A stretch of 64,000 nucleotides of DNA from positions 42,876 to 106,875 of the forward strand of contig CAWBMV010000021.1 of NCBI GenBank assembly GCA_963789955.1, in the 5' to 3' direction. Source of the stretch: an uncultured Candidatus Rokubacteria bacterium. GTDB taxonomy: Bacteria > Methylomirabilota > Methylomirabilia > Rokubacteriales > CSP1-6. The notes under the pieces were generated by a model. That model was not told the DNA's origin. It was given only the letters and a program-made list of their open reading frames with translations, and searched no databases. Below, in pieces: positions 42,048 to 50,756 of the stretch; the stretch's first letter is position 1, and each line of letters begins with the position of its first letter. The position numbers were made by a program, and so were the translations under genes.

Positions 42048-42776
42048 ATGGCATCCGATCTCGAGCTCCTCGCTCTCCGCGAGCTGCCGGAGGTTCGCGG
42101 ACTGCTCCTGGCGTCGGGCGTGATGCGTCTTCGAATCGCCAGCGACTCCATGCGCCCGACGTTGCGGCCCGGCGACGAGATTGCGGTGCAACCCGAAGCG
42201 ATCGCGGCCCTTCGGCCCGGAGACCTGATCGTCTATCAGGTCGGCGGTGATCTCGTTTGTCACCGCGTCGTGCGCTCGAGCGCCGACACCGTGTGGACCC
42301 GAGCGGAGACGGCCGATTCTGCTGACGATCGGATTGCGTGGGATCAGGTCCTCGGCAGGGTGGTCGAGGTCAGGAAGCGTGGTCTCTGGGTCGGCGTCAA
42401 GGTCCTCCTTCGAGGCGCACTGAGTCCGCCGGTGCATCGCTGGCTTCGGCGCCTGCAAGGGCTCGACGCCTATCGCGCCCTCGTCGGCCCGCTCGTCGCG
42501 CCGCGCCTGTCGTACCATCTCGGCCTGGCCCGAGGCGCCGTCCGCTACGAGTGGCTCGAGCTCGCCGAACATGACGGAGTTCCTGTTCTACCCCCGGCCG
42601 CGCGTCCGCACGTGCTCGTCGGAAAGTGGCGAAAGACCGCCGCCGGGTGGAGCGTGCTGGTCTTTCGCGACTCGGCGTGGCGGTGCGAGAGTGTATATGT
42701 ACGACTCCGTTATCGCGGGTTGGGCCTCGAATCGGAGCTGAGTCGCCTGACCGACCTCCTGCTCGAGGCTCGATGA
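42048..42776 (+). CDS. S24/S26 peptidase-like protein with a C-terminal GNAT-like segment; candidate RiPP leader peptidase
   Basis: SDSMRPTLRPGD (catalytic Ser box), GDLIVY, CHRVV (His), VLGRV; C-terminal VYVRLRYRGLGL resembles an acyl-CoA-binding motif. Confidence 0.7.
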   Translation: MASDLELLALRELPEVRGLLLASGVMRLRIASDSMRPTLRPGDEIAVQPEAIAALRPGDLIVYQVGGDLVCHRVVRSSADTVWTRAETADSADDRIAWDQVLGRVVEVRKRGLWVGVKVLLRGALSPPVHRWLRRLQGLDAYRALVGPLVAPRLSYHLGLARGAVRYEWLELAEHDGVPVLPPAARPHVLVGKWRKTAAGWSVLVFRDSAWRCESVYVRLRYRGLGLESELSRLTDLLLEAR

Positions 42777-43087
42777 GCTCCCAGCCCTGGGCGGATCACG
42801 TCTACGCAAAGAGCCCGGACTATGTGTATCGGGAGGTCGCGGGCGAATTCATTCTGGTGCCCATCCGGCGCCGATTGAACGAGGTGAACAGTCTCTACGT
42901 CCTCAACGAGACGGGCGCCGCGCTCTGGCGTCGCATCGACGGCACGCACTCAGCGCGAGAGATCATCGACGACTTCACGCAGGAGTTCGACGTGACCCGG
43001 GAGCAGATCGCGCAGGACTTCGGCGTGCTGATCGAAGACTTGCTCTCTGTCCAGGCCATCGAGCGGTCGGTTCGGCCGCGCGCATGA
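42773..43087 (+). CDS. PqqD family protein / RiPP recognition element (RRE)
   Basis: REVAGEFILVP, LYVLNETGAALWRRIDG, EFDV; 104 aa. Confidence 0.92.
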   Translation: MSSQPWADHVYAKSPDYVYREVAGEFILVPIRRRLNEVNSLYVLNETGAALWRRIDGTHSAREIIDDFTQEFDVTREQIAQDFGVLIEDLLSVQAIERSVRPRA

Positions 43088-43995
43088 TCGAGACGAAGTC
43101 GCTGGTCCTGCAGGGCGACCGTGTTCCGCTGGCTTGCCAGTGGGAGATCACGTGCCGCTGCAATCTGCGGTGCGTGATGTGCTATACGGACTGCTTCAAC
43201 CGCCCCGACCTGATCCGTACCGAGCTGGCGACACACGAGATCCTGCGCATCATGGACGAGCTCGCGGCCGCGGGATGCCTCGATCTAATCCTGACCGGCG
43301 GTGAGCCGCTCGCACGGCCGGATTTCTTCGATATCTACGAGCACGCTAAGGCCAAGGGCTTCCTCGTCACGATCTTCACCAACGGCACGCTGATCACCGA
43401 GGCCGTGGCCGATCGGCTGGCCACGCTGCCCCCGCATCGGATCGAGATCAGCCTGCACGGGCTCACGGAACTGACGTTCGAGACGATCACCCGGGGACGG
43501 CGCTCGTTTCATCGCTGCCTGCGCGCCATCCGCTTGCTCCTCGATCGCGGTCTCTCCGTGGTGCTGAAGACGACCGCCATGTCGATCAACCACGACGAGA
43601 TCCTCGCGATCAAGCAGTACGCGCAGAGCTTCGGCTCGGTCGGCTACCAGCTCGGCGAAGATCTGCGGCCGGCGCTCGACGGCGACGACGCCCCGCAGCG
43701 ACTGGCTCTCTCCGAGCCCGAGAGGCTGCGCCTGATGCGCCAGGATCCGGAGCTGGAGGCCGAGAGCTGTCGAGCGCGCGCGAAGGCCGCCGAGCCGTGC
43801 GAGAGCGGGAAGCGCCGATTCCACATCGATGCGTACGGGCGGCTCCAGCTCTGCTCCGGCAACCGCCGGATGAGCTACGACCTCCGGCGGGGCTCGTTCA
43901 GCGACGGCTTTTACAATGCCCTGCCGAGCTTTCCCTGCGCCTGGAAGCGCGAGACTCCTCCGGCGCTCGGGCACGCGAGCGCTACTCGTGTCTGA
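43084..43995 (+). CDS. Radical SAM protein 1 (Twitch-like/truncated SPASM)
   Basis: CNLRCVMC, TGGEP, FTNGT; C-terminal CESG..HIDAYGRLQLC. Confidence 0.92.
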   Translation: MIETKSLVLQGDRVPLACQWEITCRCNLRCVMCYTDCFNRPDLIRTELATHEILRIMDELAAAGCLDLILTGGEPLARPDFFDIYEHAKAKGFLVTIFTNGTLITEAVADRLATLPPHRIEISLHGLTELTFETITRGRRSFHRCLRAIRLLLDRGLSVVLKTTAMSINHDEILAIKQYAQSFGSVGYQLGEDLRPALDGDDAPQRLALSEPERLRLMRQDPELEAESCRARAKAAEPCESGKRRFHIDAYGRLQLCSGNRRMSYDLRRGSFSDGFYNALPSFPCAWKRETPPALGHASATRV

Positions 43996-45097
43996 GGCGC
44001 GATCGCTGCCGACCATCGAGTATCGGGAGTTCAGCCGGCGGCTGCATGAACGCTACGGCGAACGCGATCGGGTCATCAAAGCGCAGCTCGAAGTCACGTA
44101 TCGCTGCAACCTCCACTGCGCCCACTGCTACACCGATCCCTACAACGACCCGAAGCTATTCGGCCGAGAGCTTTCTCTCGGCGAGATCCAGCGGATCATC
44201 GACGAGATGGTGGCCCTCGGAATCGTCTACCTGAATCTCACCGGGGGCGAGATCTTCTCGAGGCCCGATTTCTTCCAGATCTACGACCACGCCTACCGCC
44301 AGGGCCTGCTGCTGATGCTCTATACCAACGGCACCATGCTCACCCGCGCCATCGTCGAGCGGCTCGAGAAATCTCCGCCCTTCTCCCTCGACATCTCCTG
44401 TCATTCCGTGAACGAAGCGGCCTTCGACCGCTTTACCGGGATTCCCGGGTCGTTCCGGCGATTCATGAGCGGGATGGAGCTGCTCCGGGAGAGTCGCCTG
44501 CCCTTCTGCTTCAAGACGAAGGCCATGACGTCCAACCTGGGCGAGCTCCAGCAGATTCGGCGATTCGTCGAATCCTTCGGTCGCGGGTTCGGATTCACGA
44601 CCTCGCTGTCGCCCAGACTGAACGGCGACCTGGCGCCGCTCGCCTATCGCCTCACCCCGGCCGAGGTCCGAGCGCTGGAGGCCACCGAGCTCGAAACGTC
44701 CGGCGACGATGACTCGTGCCGGGCGACGTCCGGACTGCCCGCCTCCTCCCCGCCCGAGCAGCTGTACCGCTGCGGCTGCGCGACCAACACGATCCACATC
44801 AGCGCGTGGGGCGAGCTCGGGACCTGCACGCTGGAGTACGAGCATCGCGTCTCGCTACGCGACCATTCACTCAAGGAGGCGATCGCCAAGGTGTTCGCCG
44901 CGGTCCGCACGCGGCGATACTCGACCGACTCTCCGTGCCGGACGTGTGACATCTACGCCTTCTGCGACAAGAAACCCACGGATGCGCGCCGAGAATGCGG
45001 CGATTCCGAAGCGCCGATCGCCTACGACTGCGACATCGCGCTCGCGCGCGCCGAACGCGGCCTCGGTCGGACCTTGCCGCACCCACTAGCGCCGTAA
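43988..45097 (+). CDS. Radical SAM/SPASM protein 2
   Basis: CNLHCAHC, TGGE, YTNGT; CGC..GELGTC..CRTCDIYAFC; GTG start overlapping the upstream gene. Confidence 0.92.
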   Translation: MSEARSLPTIEYREFSRRLHERYGERDRVIKAQLEVTYRCNLHCAHCYTDPYNDPKLFGRELSLGEIQRIIDEMVALGIVYLNLTGGEIFSRPDFFQIYDHAYRQGLLLMLYTNGTMLTRAIVERLEKSPPFSLDISCHSVNEAAFDRFTGIPGSFRRFMSGMELLRESRLPFCFKTKAMTSNLGELQQIRRFVESFGRGFGFTTSLSPRLNGDLAPLAYRLTPAEVRALEATELETSGDDDSCRATSGLPASSPPEQLYRCGCATNTIHISAWGELGTCTLEYEHRVSLRDHSLKEAIAKVFAAVRTRRYSTDSPCRTCDIYAFCDKKPTDARRECGDSEAPIAYDCDIALARAERGLGRTLPHPLAP

Positions 45098-45112
45098 GGG
45101 AGATCGCGTGTC

Positions 45113-45307
45113 ATGAGCGAACGCGCCGACAAGAAACCGTACGTCCCGCCCGTGCTCTTTCGGGTCGAGCTCAATCACGAGCAGGCCATTCTCAGTGCCT
45201 GCAGCGTGGGCGTCGCCAGCACGAAGCAGGGCAACGTCGGCGGTGCGTGCAAGAGCAGCTGCAAGCAGGGCAACGGCGCCGGCGACAGCGCGGCGCGCAG
45301 CTCATAG
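45113..45307 (+). CDS. Putative RiPP precursor peptide (64 aa)
   Basis: MSERADKKPYVPPVLFRVELNHEQAILSACSVGVASTKQGNVGGACKSSCKQGNGAGDSAARSS; YxPPxL leader, three Cys, GGGAG upstream, embedded in an RRE/rSAM operon. Confidence 0.85.
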   Translation: MSERADKKPYVPPVLFRVELNHEQAILSACSVGVASTKQGNVGGACKSSCKQGNGAGDSAARSS

Positions 45308-46224
45308 TGAGGATCGACCTTCGGATCGGTGGGTACGGCATTCGGCTGGACGAGCCCGACGGCCATCCGGTCCGGCAGTGGCCGCTTCCGCCGTTCGACG
45401 CGTTCTCGGTCGCGTCGCAGCCCGACGAGCCGCCCGACATCGACCTGACGATCCGGGTCGTGCCCGAGATTCCCGAGCTGTCCGCCGGCGCGCTGATCTT
45501 CGATTCGTGCCACGGACTGTGGACGCTCCACGACGCACCCGACGGCTATGTTCTTCAGTGCGCCGACCCCAGGACGCGCGGCCCGCGGAGTCGAACAGCC
45601 CTCGCCAGGGATTTCTCGCGCGGTGAGATATGGATCTGCGGGCATCCGACCAGGCCGCCGCGGCGCTTCGCGTGGACGCCCACGTATGTCGTCAACCCGA
45701 TCGTCGAGCTCTGCCTCGTCACCAGGCTGGCGAGGGACGGCGGTCTGCTCCTTCACGCGTCCGGCGTCCTCGCCGGTCGTGAGGGATACATCTTCACCGG
45801 CCCCTCGGGAGCCGGGAAGTCGACGCTCGCCGACTTCTTCGCCGCGGCCGGCGCCGCGGTCCTGAGCGACGAGCGCGTGATCATTCGCATGATCGCGGGA
45901 GCTTTCACGGTCTGGGGCACGCCGTGGGTCGGCACCGGCCGCCACGCGACGAACGGCGCGGCATCGCTCACGGCCTTGTGCTGTATCAGCCACGCGGGCG
46001 GCGGCCACGCCCTGCGCCCGATGCATCCGCGTGAGGTGACTGAGCGCCTTCTGGCGCAGACCTTTCTCCCTCACTGGGACCCGGAGGCGATGGATCGTAC
46101 GCTCGCGTCGCTCGTCGAGATCGCCGAGCGCGTCGAATGCGCAGGCCTCGCGTTCGCGAAGGATCCTGACGTCGTCGAGTTCCTGACCGATCGGAGTGTC
46201 GGCCACGCCGGGGCCCGGTCGTGA
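45307..46224 (+). CDS. HPr kinase-related P-loop protein (ScmC/lasso-kinase-like)
   Basis: LLLHASGV, FTGPSGAGKSTLA, VLSDER, VWGTPW; GTG overlaps the precursor stop. Confidence 0.85.
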   Translation: MRIDLRIGGYGIRLDEPDGHPVRQWPLPPFDAFSVASQPDEPPDIDLTIRVVPEIPELSAGALIFDSCHGLWTLHDAPDGYVLQCADPRTRGPRSRTALARDFSRGEIWICGHPTRPPRRFAWTPTYVVNPIVELCLVTRLARDGGLLLHASGVLAGREGYIFTGPSGAGKSTLADFFAAAGAAVLSDERVIIRMIAGAFTVWGTPWVGTGRHATNGAASLTALCCISHAGGGHALRPMHPREVTERLLAQTFLPHWDPEAMDRTLASLVEIAERVECAGLAFAKDPDVVEFLTDRSVGHAGARS

Positions 46225-47279
46225 GACATCGGCCGGCCGGGGAATTCTTCGACACGCTCGCCGCCAACGCGCGGCGGGCCCGGGTGCCCGAGGGCGCGAC
46301 CTTCGAGCTGACCTACGGCTGCAACCTGCGCTGCGTGCACTGCTACAACCCCACGCATCGGGTCCTCCCGCACGAGCTGACCACGGTCGAGGTTCACTCG
46401 ATCCTGGAGCAATGCGCGGACCTCGGCCTGGCCACGATCTGCTTCAGTGGCGGCGAGCTCTTCGTCAGGCCGGACGTGTTCGAGATCTTCGAGCACGCCA
46501 GGCGCCTGGGCCTGATCCTGGAGCTGATCTCGAACGCCACGCGTATCACGCCCGAGATCGCCGATCGCTTGACGCCGATCGGGTTTCGCCATCTCGCCAT
46601 CTCGATCTACGGCGCGACGAAGCGGACGTACGAGCGCGTGACGAGCGTGCCCGGCTCGTATGACAAGTTCCTCGCCGGCCTTCGCTGCCTCGTGACCCGG
46701 GAGCTGCCGCTGACCGTGCGCATGCCGGTCATGACCGAGAACGCGCACGAAGTCGGCGAGGCTCGCGTCCTCGTCGAGGGCATGGGGATCAGATTCCAGT
46801 ATTGCCTGGACATCACGCCCGGAAGCGACGGAGATCTCGGGCCCTTGACGCACCGTCTGAGTCCTGACGCCAAGCTGCGCATCGACCTCGCCATGAAGGG
46901 CGATCGCCCGCCGGCCCGGGACGACGCGTCGTGCCGCGCGAGCGACGATTTCTTCGGGTGCGCGTGCGGGCATACCCGATTCGCGATCACTCCCTACGGC
47001 GAGATGAATCTCTGTGTGGCGTTTCCATCGCCCCGATACGATCTGCGGACCGGCAGTGTCAAGGCGGGCTGGGAAGTCCTCAAGCGAACGGTGGACGACG
47101 CCAGGCCCAGCGCGCGCTACGAATGTCCGGACTGCGACGTTCGCACCTACTGTCGCCAGGGGCGGAGCGACGCCTGGCTCGAGACGCGCGACATGAGCGC
47201 CTGCCTGCCGCACTACAAAGAGCTTGCGACTCTCGAGAAGGGCCTCGATGAGCACCGACGGCGCCGACGCGCTGATTGA
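46221..47279 (+). CDS. Radical SAM/SPASM protein 3
   Basis: CNLRCVHC, SGGE, ISNAT; CACG..PYGEMNLC..CPDCDVRTYC. Confidence 0.92.
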   Translation: MRHRPAGEFFDTLAANARRARVPEGATFELTYGCNLRCVHCYNPTHRVLPHELTTVEVHSILEQCADLGLATICFSGGELFVRPDVFEIFEHARRLGLILELISNATRITPEIADRLTPIGFRHLAISIYGATKRTYERVTSVPGSYDKFLAGLRCLVTRELPLTVRMPVMTENAHEVGEARVLVEGMGIRFQYCLDITPGSDGDLGPLTHRLSPDAKLRIDLAMKGDRPPARDDASCRASDDFFGCACGHTRFAITPYGEMNLCVAFPSPRYDLRTGSVKAGWEVLKRTVDDARPSARYECPDCDVRTYCRQGRSDAWLETRDMSACLPHYKELATLEKGLDEHRRRRRAD

Positions 47280-48249
47280 GGCGTACGCTCAGGTCAGCCT
47301 CGCCAACCAGCGGTCGTTTAGGGCGCTTGCCGTCGTCCTGTCCGAATTCAACGCGCACGGAATCGACGTCCTCGTCCTCAAGGGCGCCGACGTCCTGCCC
47401 CGGCTGTACGGGGTCTGGGGCGCGCGCCCCCTGACCGACGTGGACCTGCTCGTGCGGGACCGCGATCTGCCGGCCATCGATCGCATCGTCAGCGCGCTCG
47501 GCTACCAAGCTCTCATCGACGGCAATCCCGCCTATCGCGATCCGAACGGGTCGCTCCTGCTCGACATGGTGACGAGCCTCTGGTACGCAGAGGACTCCGA
47601 ACACGTGTGGCGGCGCGCGGTGCGACGCGAGCTGGCCGGCGTCTCGATCCGCGCGATGTGTGCCGACGATCTGCTCGTGTACCTGACGGCGTATTCGGTG
47701 CTCCACCGAGGTCACTTCGTGCCGTCCTTCGCCGTCGATGTCGGCTTGCTCGTGCGCAAGGAGCGGCTGAACTGGGACTACATCATCGAGGAAGCGCGCC
47801 GCCGGAATCTGAAGATCCCGCTGTATCACGGGCTGTCCTACGCGGCGCGACGCGAGTCCATCCCGATTCACGATCACGTCTGGCGCCGGCTCGCACCCGC
47901 TCGAGCCTCCGAGCGGGCGCTGCAGAGCTTGCTGCGAGCGCTCGTCACGGAGGAGCCCCTGTCCGATCTCGGTCACTTCCTGCTGCTCGTCTCATCACCG
48001 GGAGCGCAACGGTGGCGACGACTTCGCAAAGCCATCTGGCCGTCCGCGACGTTTCTGACCTGGCGATACGGGCCGGCGGGCGCGGCCTCGGCCCTCCGGA
48101 CGCGGTTCATCAGAGCCGTTCATCTCCTGGTGAAGGGCGTGATTCTCTCGGGCGCGATCGGCAAGCGTCTCGTTCGTTGCCGGGCGACGACCGCGCCGCC
48201 TCGGCTCACGGATCGGAAGGCGGCAGCGGAACGACCACGAAGCTCGTGA
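47248..48249 (+). CDS. Nucleotidyltransferase family protein (NTP_transf_5-like)
   Basis: LVLKGADV and RPLTDVDLLV (DxD) motifs. Confidence 0.85.
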   Translation: MSTDGADALIEAYAQVSLANQRSFRALAVVLSEFNAHGIDVLVLKGADVLPRLYGVWGARPLTDVDLLVRDRDLPAIDRIVSALGYQALIDGNPAYRDPNGSLLLDMVTSLWYAEDSEHVWRRAVRRELAGVSIRAMCADDLLVYLTAYSVLHRGHFVPSFAVDVGLLVRKERLNWDYIIEEARRRNLKIPLYHGLSYAARRESIPIHDHVWRRLAPARASERALQSLLRALVTEEPLSDLGHFLLLVSSPGAQRWRRLRKAIWPSATFLTWRYGPAGAASALRTRFIRAVHLLVKGVILSGAIGKRLVRCRATTAPPRLTDRKAAAERPRSS

Positions 48250-50746
48250 TGAAGCCGGTCCGGATCAATTCTCGGCCGTACGCTTCGGCCTCGGCTGATG
48301 TCTGGAATTGCCCGATCGAGACCGTCCCGGGCTCGGGCCCCTTCTGGCTCGGCAGGCCGGAGAGCCGAACCGTGAAGGTCTCGGGGCGAGCGGCCTCGCG
48401 AGCCAGCGGCCATGGCGCCTGCGCGCTGGCCGGAGCGGTCTGACCGATTTCCGAGCTCGACCGTGGCAGAACCGGCCGACCGGCGCGCCAGCGCCACGCT
48501 CCGGTGGTGAGAACTAGAAGCGCCAGGATGATCGCCGCGCTCCATCGGAGCACGCGCCATCGGTTCGCTACCAATCCTCGCGTCCTCCCGGGCTTGGCCG
48601 ACTCGACCTGCGATCCGTAGCGATAGCCGTACGACGCCATCTCCGCGTAGTCAGTGCTCAAGTCGGGTCGCACGCCGCTGAGGCAGACGCCGAGCAATCG
48701 AGTGCTCGTCGCGTCCAGTAAGGCCTTGGCCCGTCTGAGCGCGACGCGGGGCATGTGTCCCACCCGGATGACGAGCAGGGTCACGTCTGCGCGCGAGGCC
48801 AGGATGGCCGCGTCAGGCACCGGCAAGATCGGGGAGGAGTCGAGGATGACATAGTCGTACTTCGCGCGAGCTTCGGTCAGAACCTTGACGAGCCCCTGAG
48901 AGCTCAGAAGCTCGGATGGATTGGACGGCGAATAGCCGCTGAGCAGGACGAAGAAGTTGTCCATGCCCGGAGAGTCGAGCAGGCGCTCCATGCCGGCCTT
49001 GCCCATCATCAGCTCGGCGATGCCGAGGGTCACGTCACCGAGACTGACGGACCCGAGCACGGCCTCCGCCAATCCCGGCGCCTTCACGAGCCCGAGGGCG
49101 TGACGGATGTATGGCCTTCGGAGATCGGCCTCGACGAGCAGCGTCTTCTTGCCGAGCTGCGCGAGCGTGATCGCCAGATTGAGGGCGACCGTCGTCTTGC
49201 CCTCCATCTGCGAGCCGCCCGTCACCAGAATGGTCTTGAGGTCTCGCTCGAGGGTGGCGAAGACCACATTCGTGCGAAGACTGCGGAAGGCCTCGGCCAG
49301 CCGCGCCTTGGGAGCGAAGAGGCTCGTGAGAAACGGGTGCCGGCCGGCGTCATCCGGCGAGGCCACCTCTGTCGGCTCGTCGGCGAGATCCAGCTTGGGG
49401 TCAAGCGCGGGGATGACTCCGAGGACGCGCGTCTCCATCAATGACTCGACTTCATCGATGGCCCCGATCGAGTTGTCGAGCGCCTCGACGAGAAAGGCCA
49501 GAATCAGGCCCAAGATGAGCCCGATGAGGAGTCCGAACTGCGCCCGCGCGAGAGCGTGCACCGGATTCACCGGCGCGGTGACCGCGATCGCGGGCCTCAC
49601 GATGCTGACCTCGGCACCACGCTCCTTTTCCTTGATCAGCGCTTCCTGCAGCCGCTCCTTCAGGAGCGAGAAGATTCGCTCGTTGACCTTCACATCCCGC
49701 TCGATCCGGGTGGCTTCGAGCGCCGCGCCCGGCAGTGCTGCCTGCTTGGCCTTGACGCTCGCGATGGCGATCTGGGCCTCGGTGGCGTGGGCGCGCAGGA
49801 CCTGAAGCTTCGACGACAGCGCTTGCACGAGGGTGGCTCGGACGTTGGCGATACGAGCTTCGACGCCTTTGACCTGCGGATGGGTCGGCAAAAGGGTGAG
49901 CAGGAGATCCTGGCGCTCGACGGAGAGCTCGTTGAGAGAGGCCTGGAGCTTGGCCATCGCCGCGTCGCCGTCCGCCGAGAAGGCCGCGAGACGGTTTCCG
50001 GCGCGTCCTTCTTCGACGAGCCGCAGCTGGGTCTCCACGGTGCTGATTTCTCTCTTGATCCGGTCGTACTCCGCTTCCTGGAGCGCCCGGCGTCCCGAGG
50101 CTGCACGGAGCTCCTCCGGCACCGAAAGCCGCTGGTCGGCCTCCTGGAACACCTTCATCTGCTCTTCCGACTGGCGCAGGCGCTGCCCTACCTCTTTCAG
50201 CTGCGCCTCGATGAAGCGCCGAGCCTCCACGATCTGCTGCGTTCGGCTCGCGATGTTCTCGTCGCGGAAGGCTTCGGCCACGCTGTTGGCGACCAGCGCC
50301 GCGTTTGTGGGATCGGGAGACGTCGCGGAGATCTCGATGAGGCTCGTGCCGGCCGATCGCATGACTTGCAGCCGCCCGGCCAGGTCGCTGACGGTATCCT
50401 GATAGCGCGCGGAGGCTAGGATGTCTCCGGGCGTGACCTCTCGCGGAATCAGGCCGAGCTTGACGGCGGCGCGCCCGACGACCGGGAAGCTCGTGATGAG
50501 GGCAACCTGAGTTTCCATGTCGCCGACCGGGCTGATGTTGAGCACGTCGTTGAGGAGCAGCCCGGACACGTTGACGGCCCGCTCGAAGCGCACCGCGGCC
50601 GTCGCGCGATAGACCGGCGTGGGCGCCATCAGCAGCGTCATGGCGAGCGTGCCGAGAGTCATGACGACGCTCACCATGGCGACGAGCCACGCCCGGCGAC
50701 GGACGATCCGCCAGCAGTCCCGCGGATTGAAATCGTACTGGGTCAC
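48206..50746 (-). CDS. Wzc/GumC-like polysaccharide co-polymerase / BY-kinase with an extra C-terminal TM and small extension
   Basis: Wzz-type N-terminus, coiled coil with HPQV, AEAFRSLRTN, GKTT, EADLRRP, DSSP, Tyr-rich YAEMASYGYRYG. Confidence 0.88.
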   Translation of the reverse strand: MTQYDFNPRDCWRIVRRRAWLVAMVSVVMTLGTLAMTLLMAPTPVYRATAAVRFERAVNVSGLLLNDVLNISPVGDMETQVALITSFPVVGRAAVKLGLIPREVTPGDILASARYQDTVSDLAGRLQVMRSAGTSLIEISATSPDPTNAALVANSVAEAFRDENIASRTQQIVEARRFIEAQLKEVGQRLRQSEEQMKVFQEADQRLSVPEELRAASGRRALQEAEYDRIKREISTVETQLRLVEEGRAGNRLAAFSADGDAAMAKLQASLNELSVERQDLLLTLLPTHPQVKGVEARIANVRATLVQALSSKLQVLRAHATEAQIAIASVKAKQAALPGAALEATRIERDVKVNERIFSLLKERLQEALIKEKERGAEVSIVRPAIAVTAPVNPVHALARAQFGLLIGLILGLILAFLVEALDNSIGAIDEVESLMETRVLGVIPALDPKLDLADEPTEVASPDDAGRHPFLTSLFAPKARLAEAFRSLRTNVVFATLERDLKTILVTGGSQMEGKTTVALNLAITLAQLGKKTLLVEADLRRPYIRHALGLVKAPGLAEAVLGSVSLGDVTLGIAELMMGKAGMERLLDSPGMDNFFVLLSGYSPSNPSELLSSQGLVKVLTEARAKYDYVILDSSPILPVPDAAILASRADVTLLVIRVGHMPRVALRRAKALLDATSTRLLGVCLSGVRPDLSTDYAEMASYGYRYGSQVESAKPGRTRGLVANRWRVLRWSAAIILALLVLTTGAWRWRAGRPVLPRSSSEIGQTAPASAQAPWPLAREAARPETFTVRLSGLPSQKGPEPGTVSIGQFQTSAEAEAYGRELIRTGFITSFVVVPLPPSDP

Positions 50747-50756
50747 GAAGCGGTCT

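Noticed and set aside
42048..48249. Classical lasso peptide, PQQ or mycofactocin cluster
   Set aside because: No asparagine-synthetase-like cyclase or B2 transglutaminase, no PqqB/C, and the precursor lacks the PqqA ExxxY and MftA IDGxCGVY motifs.
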